Of a DNA stretch of 64,000 bases, positions 58,720-64,000 are shown one piece after another. The stretch spans positions 171,413 to 235,412 of the forward strand of contig JBDRYB010000001.1 of NCBI GenBank assembly GCA_039803205.1, given 5' to 3'. Made by a program: the position numbers and the translations under genes. The notes below the pieces were generated by a model. It was not told the DNA's origin. It saw only the letters and a list, made by a program, of their open reading frames with translations, and ran no database searches. Source of the DNA: a candidate division WOR-3 bacterium (GTDB lineage Bacteria; Hydrothermota; Hydrothermia; JBDRYB01). How positions within the stretch are numbered: position 1 is the first letter of the stretch; the number at the start of each line of letters is the position of its first letter.

Positions 58720-59489
58720 AGATAACCGTTCCGCACATAGTTTCAATGAAGGGCAAGGAGAAAATAGTTGCCCTCACCGCTTATGATTTTACCTTTGCAA
58801 GGCTCCTTGATGAGGCAGGGATTGATGTAATCCTGGTTGGAGACAGTGCGGCCATGACGGTCCACGGGCACCCCAACACCCTTGCCATATCCCTGGATGA
58901 GATGCTCGCGCACACGAGGGCTGTGGCACGAGGCGTCAAGAACGCGCTCCTGGTAGGAGACATGCCATTTGGCTCTTACCAGAGCTCTGCAGAAGAGGGA
59001 ATAAGGTCCGCGATTGCATTCCTCAAGGCAGGGGCTGAGGCCGTCAAGATCGAGGGGGGCAAGGAGATCGCTCCCTTGGTCAGGGAGCTGACGAGAATGG
59101 GGATACCGGTGATGGGGCATGTCGGAATGCTTCCCCAGCGAGTTCACGCATACGGCGGGTTCAAGCTCCAAAAGGACAGGGCGATAATTGAGGATGCCAA
59201 AGCGATATCCGAGGCTGGGGCGTTTTCCTTGGTGCTCGAGAAGATACCCACGGCCCTCGCCAAGGAGATAACCGAGACCGTTCCCGTTCCCACCATAGGC
59301 ATAGGAGCAGGCCCGCATTGCGATGGCCAGGTTCTCGTTCTCTATGACATGCTGGGCCTCAATCCGGAGTTCAGGCCGAGGTTCCTCAAGAGATATGTGG
59401 ATGGATGGGGAATATTGAAAAAGGCAGTGGAGGACTACGCCAAAGAGGTGAGAGAGGGGCTTTATCCGGATGAGGAGCACAGCTTCTAG
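58716..59489 (+). CDS. panB: 3-methyl-2-oxobutanoate hydroxymethyltransferase
   Basis: LTAYD, LVGDS, DMPFGSY, AVKIEGG, TIGIGAGPHCDGQVLV. Confidence 0.97.
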   Translation: MKITVPHIVSMKGKEKIVALTAYDFTFARLLDEAGIDVILVGDSAAMTVHGHPNTLAISLDEMLAHTRAVARGVKNALLVGDMPFGSYQSSAEEGIRSAIAFLKAGAEAVKIEGGKEIAPLVRELTRMGIPVMGHVGMLPQRVHAYGGFKLQKDRAIIEDAKAISEAGAFSLVLEKIPTALAKEITETVPVPTIGIGAGPHCDGQVLVLYDMLGLNPEFRPRFLKRYVDGWGILKKAVEDYAKEVREGLYPDEEHSF

Positions 59490-59549
59490 TTGAAAAGGGC
59501 CAGGGGCATCCCTTAAGATTTCGGCTCAAACCCATAGGAGGTTTTTGCG

Positions 59550-59912
59550 ATGAAGAAGCTATTGTTTGGCTTTGTGCTCGTAGGTTTCCTGGCGGGGTGC
59601 GCGACCATCGTCATTGACGCGCCGCCCGGCGCCGACAACACGGTATCCTTGACCTCTCAGCCATCCGGAGGCTCCTCGTATCACTTCGTTGCCAAGAAGA
59701 AGGTATGGTATATACTTTGGGGGCTCATCCCAATCACAGACAACCACACCGCTGATCTGGTTGCCGCAAGCGCGCAGGGCAAACCCGTGAGGAATCTCAG
59801 AGCCACGACCACCTACACCTTCGTTGACTGGCTTCTATCAGTGGTTCTAAACATCATACCCACCACAATCCAAGTGAAATCGGTTATAGTTGAGGGCGAT
59901 GTGGTGAAGTAA
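59550..59912 (+). CDS. Bor/Iss-like lipoprotein
   Basis: MKK..hydrophobic..LAGC lipobox; WYILWGLIP; TFVD. Confidence 0.65.
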   Translation: MKKLLFGFVLVGFLAGCATIVIDAPPGADNTVSLTSQPSGGSSYHFVAKKKVWYILWGLIPITDNHTADLVAASAQGKPVRNLRATTTYTFVDWLLSVVLNIIPTTIQVKSVIVEGDVVK

Positions 59913-59989
59913 TCCCTGAGCTATTCGAAACACATTTGTTTTCGGCAAAGGCCAGGCGCGATGGCCTGGTTCTGGATTATAATTTCCAC

Positions 59990-60709
59990 ATGCGAGTCAT
60001 AATAACTGGCGGTTCAAGGGGAATAGGCTTTGAGATAGCGAAGAGGTTCGCAGAGGGCGGAAGCTTGGCCCTCGTTGATGTTCTGGAGGAGGATCTGAGG
60101 AGCGCTGAGGCGAGCTTGAAGGGGATGGGGGCGGATACAAGGGTCTTCATCGCTGATGTGAGGGATCGCGCGAGAGCGGAGGAGATAGCAAGGTCCCTTG
60201 TAGATGCCTGGGGGGGAATTGATCTCCTCGTGAACAACGCTGGTGTGACGAGGGACAAGCTCTTCATGCGCATGGAAGAGGAGGATTGGAACGCGGTCAT
60301 AGACATCAACCTCAAGGGCGCCTTCGTCTATTCAAGGGCTGTCTTCCCGATCATGCTGAGGCAGAGATCCGGAGTCATAATCAACATCTCGTCCGTGGTC
60401 GGAATAATCGGAAACCTCGGCCAGACCGCTTATTCAGCCTCAAAGGCCGGCCTTATCGCGCTGACGAAATCCCTGGCAAAGGAAGGAGGCAAGCGGGGGG
60501 TGAGGTGCGTGGCTGTGGCTCCGGGTTTCATAAGGACCGCGATGACCGATGCTCTTCCCGAGGAAATAAAATCCGAGTATCTATCAAGGATAGCCCTCGG
60601 CAGGTTCGGAGAGGCCTCGGAGGTCGCGGAGCTGGTCCATTTCCTGGCGTCTGAGAGGGCATCCTATATCACGGGCCAGGTTTTCGTGATCGACGGAGGG
60701 ATGATATGA
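59990..60709 (+). CDS. fabG: 3-oxoacyl-ACP reductase
   Basis: TGGSRGIG, NNAGVTRD, YSASK, PGFIRT.MT; ATG 59990 lies 6 nt after TATAAT. Confidence 0.9.
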   Translation: MRVIITGGSRGIGFEIAKRFAEGGSLALVDVLEEDLRSAEASLKGMGADTRVFIADVRDRARAEEIARSLVDAWGGIDLLVNNAGVTRDKLFMRMEEEDWNAVIDINLKGAFVYSRAVFPIMLRQRSGVIINISSVVGIIGNLGQTAYSASKAGLIALTKSLAKEGGKRGVRCVAVAPGFIRTAMTDALPEEIKSEYLSRIALGRFGEASEVAELVHFLASERASYITGQVFVIDGGMI

Positions 60710-60733
60710 TCTTGAAAAATTGGAGGTTTTGAG

Positions 60734-62167
60734 ATGCCAGAGGTAAAGGCCCTGAAATGCGCTTCGTGCGGAGCGCCCCTAGAGGCCGAAAAGGGCCAGA
60801 CCAGGATCAAGTGCCCCTTCTGCGGAACCGTTAACATGATAGAGCCAGAGCCAGGGGAGGCTGAAATACCGAGCATAACGATTGATCTGAGCGAGCTAGT
60901 TGAGACAGCCATCGCTGAGGCTGAGAAGGCGCCCAGGCCCGCCCCCCCTCCAGCGGGATTAAAAGCCGCTGGCATAACAGCAGTAATAATTTTGCTCTTA
61001 CTCATTTTGATCCCGGTGGGCCTCTCTATTGGGATCCCCTTGCTCATAAAGAAGGCGGGTAGTTATTCCCTCCGCCAGGCAGGGATCAAGGGTGACAAAA
61101 TGGTGGCTGTCCTATACAAGGATTCAAAGTATCACTTGGGCCGCGTGAACCCGAAGAACGGCAAGATCATCTGGCGGAAGGAATTGGGCAAGGAGTATTC
61201 GATCGCGAGTATAGCCATAGGCGATGAGAGGGTTTATACCGCATCAGGGGATGGTTCTCTGAGTTGCTATGACCTGGATAACGGCAGTTTGCTCTGGGAA
61301 GCCAACACCCGCGCGTATGTTTATCTGAACAACCTCGTTCCCCTTGGGAATGGCGTATGCTTTTTGGGCAACGATGACACCCTCAGGTTCTTCAACGCGG
61401 ATGGGAAACAGACCTTGAGCCGATGCTATAAAACCTATTGCTTGCCAAGGGCCCAGGGCGAAAGGATATATCTGGCCCAGGACAGCTTGCTCTCGGCTAT
61501 CAACCCCGAAAACGGGAAGGCTGTTTTCACGACGAGATTGGGTTTTGACCCCAGATACATGTGTTTGGACCCCTCTGGAATTTATGTTCTCGGCAATGCC
61601 TATTGGCAGAGCAAGACATGCCTCGTCAAACTCGATCTCAAGACCGGCTCTGTGCTCTGGGAGAACGCGTATCCTGAGACTTACGCTTACGATTCTCTGC
61701 TGGCACTGGGCAAAACCCTTTATCTCTTTGACGATTCTTTAGCCTCCGTTAGCTCATCCAGCGGCCAGAGGCTTGGAAATTTCTACGATGAGGCTTGGGA
61801 ACCCACGCGCGTGATCCCTGGGGATGACAATACCTACATCGTTCTCAGGAGGTCAAGGGGCGTCACGGCGTTCAGGCTCGTATCCGCTGATCCTGGTTCA
61901 CTGGCCACCACTTGGAGAGAGGAGCTCAAGGACACCCTGGTTGTCTTTGGAGACGGTGCCTTCATCATTGACACCGCATCGGATGGAGCAATCGTCAGAA
62001 AGCTGGATGGCAAAACCGGCAAAGAGCTCTGGAAGAAAAAGATTGAGCTGAAAGGCTACATCTGGGATGCCTTTTTGGCAGGAGGCAATTTGATCATAGA
62101 GGGTTCGGGGGCAACTCTCGCCATAAGAACCAAGGACGGCAAGAAGGCCTGGAAGGGGATAAGATAG
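60734..62167 (+). CDS. Zn-ribbon, TM helix and PQQ-like beta-propeller protein
   Basis: CASCGAPL...CPFCG, one TM helix, repeats D..TG..LW. Confidence 0.75.
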   Translation: MPEVKALKCASCGAPLEAEKGQTRIKCPFCGTVNMIEPEPGEAEIPSITIDLSELVETAIAEAEKAPRPAPPPAGLKAAGITAVIILLLLILIPVGLSIGIPLLIKKAGSYSLRQAGIKGDKMVAVLYKDSKYHLGRVNPKNGKIIWRKELGKEYSIASIAIGDERVYTASGDGSLSCYDLDNGSLLWEANTRAYVYLNNLVPLGNGVCFLGNDDTLRFFNADGKQTLSRCYKTYCLPRAQGERIYLAQDSLLSAINPENGKAVFTTRLGFDPRYMCLDPSGIYVLGNAYWQSKTCLVKLDLKTGSVLWENAYPETYAYDSLLALGKTLYLFDDSLASVSSSSGQRLGNFYDEAWEPTRVIPGDDNTYIVLRRSRGVTAFRLVSADPGSLATTWREELKDTLVVFGDGAFIIDTASDGAIVRKLDGKTGKELWKKKIELKGYIWDAFLAGGNLIIEGSGATLAIRTKDGKKAWKGIR

Positions 62168-62186
62168 GATAACCCCGGGATCATAA

Positions 62187-62603
62187 CTATTGAAAGCTCA
62201 GCACCCTCAGGAGCCAGAGAGCGGCAACGGCCCTTTTCTCAAAGACGCCAACTGGGCCATCCAGATGGCCTATTGTCCTGTATGAAGCGTCGGTTATGTC
62301 CCCGTCGTCCTCTATGTGAAGGATAGTTCTGTAGCTCTCATCCGTGACATCCCCATCTTCCTCAACATGGCCTATTGTCCTGTATGAATCGTCGGTTATG
62401 TCCCCGTCGTCCTCAATGTGGCCTATTGTCCTGTATGAATCGTCGGTTATGTCCCCGTCTTCTTCAATATGCGCTATTGTCCTGTAGCTTTCGTCAGTTA
62501 TGCGTCCATCGGCCTCCAAGTGGGCTATCGTCCTGTAGCTGTCATCGCGGACGGTTATATCCCCTGAGAAAACCATCGCGCTCAACAGAAAAATCTCTAT
62601 CAT
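62187..62603 (-). CDS. Small 17-aa repeat protein (five-fold beta-flower-like)
   Basis: About six repeats of DGDITDDSYRTIGHIE(E/D) (51 bp). Confidence 0.7.
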   Translation of the reverse strand: MIEIFLLSAMVFSGDITVRDDSYRTIAHLEADGRITDESYRTIAHIEEDGDITDDSYRTIGHIEDDGDITDDSYRTIGHVEEDGDVTDESYRTILHIEDDGDITDASYRTIGHLDGPVGVFEKRAVAALWLLRVLSFQ

Positions 62604-62713
62604 GGTCTTAATTATCGGGCTTTGCCGCGGATCATTTCAACTGAGAAGAGAAGGTATCCTCCAGGCAGGTTTTTGCATTATAATTTGCATCTTAGCAACC
62701 ATGGAGGTGCAAG

Positions 62714-64000
62714 ATGAAGCACTTGTCAGCCGTAATAGCTTTGGCAGTCTCCGTGAGCTGGGGAGGACTGCCGCATGTGAAGGACGGAAGGGGCGGAGGG
62801 ATAGAGCCCCAAATCAATGAGGGCTCTAGGGACCCGGTCCTTGTTCCCTCAGGCCCAGTCACTTGGGTAAAGACATACATAACATCCCAGAGGGCTGAGA
62901 TATGGTTCCTGGCGCCGAATCACCATGCGGCTACGGACATGGACAACGATGGAGACATAGATATTGTCTTTACAGCGCTGAGCTCGGACGATCCATGGTG
63001 GGGCCAGGTATACATAGCCTACAACCAGAACTTCCCGGTGTTCTCCGTCTCAGCAATAAGCCCAGAGGTCAGAACACCATACGCGCTTGATGTTGACGAC
63101 AGGAACGGGGATGGCCTCAAGGATGTCCTCTACTGCTCTGCCAGATATCACGAGGATACCTGGGGAGACACATATGGGCATCCCTTCTGGCTCATGGCCC
63201 CGAGCTGGACCCAAATTGACCTGGGGGAGTATGACTTCCCGAACCACTGCGCGGCATGGGACTTTGATGGGGATGGGATCCTTGACGCGGTCTTCGGGGA
63301 TGAGAATTCCGCTGTTTATGTCTCCCTCACTGGGGGAGCTGGACTGATAACAGTCATGTCCGGCTACGGCGAGGGGGTTTCCATAGGTGATTTCAACGAG
63401 GATGGCCAGATGGATATAGTATCAGCTGGTTGGGGGCCTGTTGCCGTGGCGCTGAACCAGGGAGGAGGACAGAGCTGGAACGCCTATCAGGTTCACGCTA
63501 AGGCCGGCCACGGCGTCCAGGTTGGCGATGTGAACGGCGATGGCCATCTTGATATAGTGGGTTGCCACCAGGATGTGATGCTCCTTCTCGGCAACGGGGC
63601 AGGTGGCTTTACTCCGGTGACCGTTTATTCTAATTTCGCTGATACCCTCCCGGGTTTCGGCGGCCTCTCCGAGTCCGAGGTGGGAATCGCTGACATTGAC
63701 GGCGATGGGGATCGGGACATAATCGTCTCAACCATGAGGCCTTTGGTCCACACCATAGCCTGGTTTGACAACCTGGGAGGCAATCCCCCGACATTCCAGA
63801 TGTGGCCCGTTGAACCAGGGACAGGCCAGAGCTCGTATGGGGTTGAGGTAAAGGATGTCAACAGGGATGGATGTGTTGATATTGTCGCTGGGGTCGGGCC
63901 AAATCTCTATGTGTGGCTGAACACGGACTGCGCTACCGACATAACAGAGGGGTATGCCGAGAGGCCGAAAGAGGAGCTCGGGTTTACCGGCAGATTTTCC
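62714..64000 (+). CDS. Secreted FG-GAP/VCBS repeat protein (partial; not in ORF track)
   Basis: Manual translation from ATG 62714 (SD GGAGGTG): MKHLSAVIALAVSVSWG...; DMDNDGDIDIV, DFNEDGQMDIV, DVNGDGHLDIV, DIDGDGDRDII; open to the window end. Confidence 0.85.
   Translation, partial: MKHLSAVIALAVSVSWGGLPHVKDGRGGGIEPQINEGSRDPVLVPSGPVTWVKTYITSQRAEIWFLAPNHHAATDMDNDGDIDIVFTALSSDDPWWGQVYIAYNQNFPVFSVSAISPEVRTPYALDVDDRNGDGLKDVLYCSARYHEDTWGDTYGHPFWLMAPSWTQIDLGEYDFPNHCAAWDFDGDGILDAVFGDENSAVYVSLTGGAGLITVMSGYGEGVSIGDFNEDGQMDIVSAGWGPVAVALNQGGGQSWNAYQVHAKAGHGVQVGDVNGDGHLDIVGCHQDVMLLLGNGAGGFTPVTVYSNFADTLPGFGGLSESEVGIADIDGDGDRDIIVSTMRPLVHTIAWFDNLGGNPPTFQMWPVEPGTGQSSYGVEVKDVNRDGCVDIVAGVGPNLYVWLNTDCATDITEGYAERPKEELGFTGRFS

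Overview
A 64 kb, moderately GC-rich chromosomal window from a diderm bacterium. Inference: FCB-related, resembling candidate division WOR-3, based on T9SS-type C-terminal sorting domains, a PorX-like regulator and a PorV/PorQ-like barrel. Housekeeping content: cobalamin riboswitch-btuB-btuG-like locus, rimI, hup, Xaa-Pro and M1 peptidases, wza/wzc, hemW, pfkA, folK-panB, fabG, and a cheY-cheC-TPR-DUF4388 operon. The most unusual signals are: (1) seven secreted 7-blade beta-propeller paralogues with a 52-aa repeat, a fixed scaffold and hypervariable aromatic/charged positions, with blades apparently shuffled between and within genes, orphan 3' tails, a divergent SARP-like regulator with an 11-bp-phased direct repeat, and a shared 23-nt-loop intergenic hairpin; (2) exported proteins with very short (about 8-14 aa), non-basic signal peptides; (3) many genes with a -10 hexamer 6-8 nt before the start codon and no SD (leaderless pattern); (4) a dispersed 8-7-8 palindrome, an AT-rich PLD gene, a PIN pair and an orphan phage-like replication pair. 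I recognised no tRNA, rRNA, CRISPR array, reverse transcriptase or integrase. All family calls come from motif recognition, not database searches.
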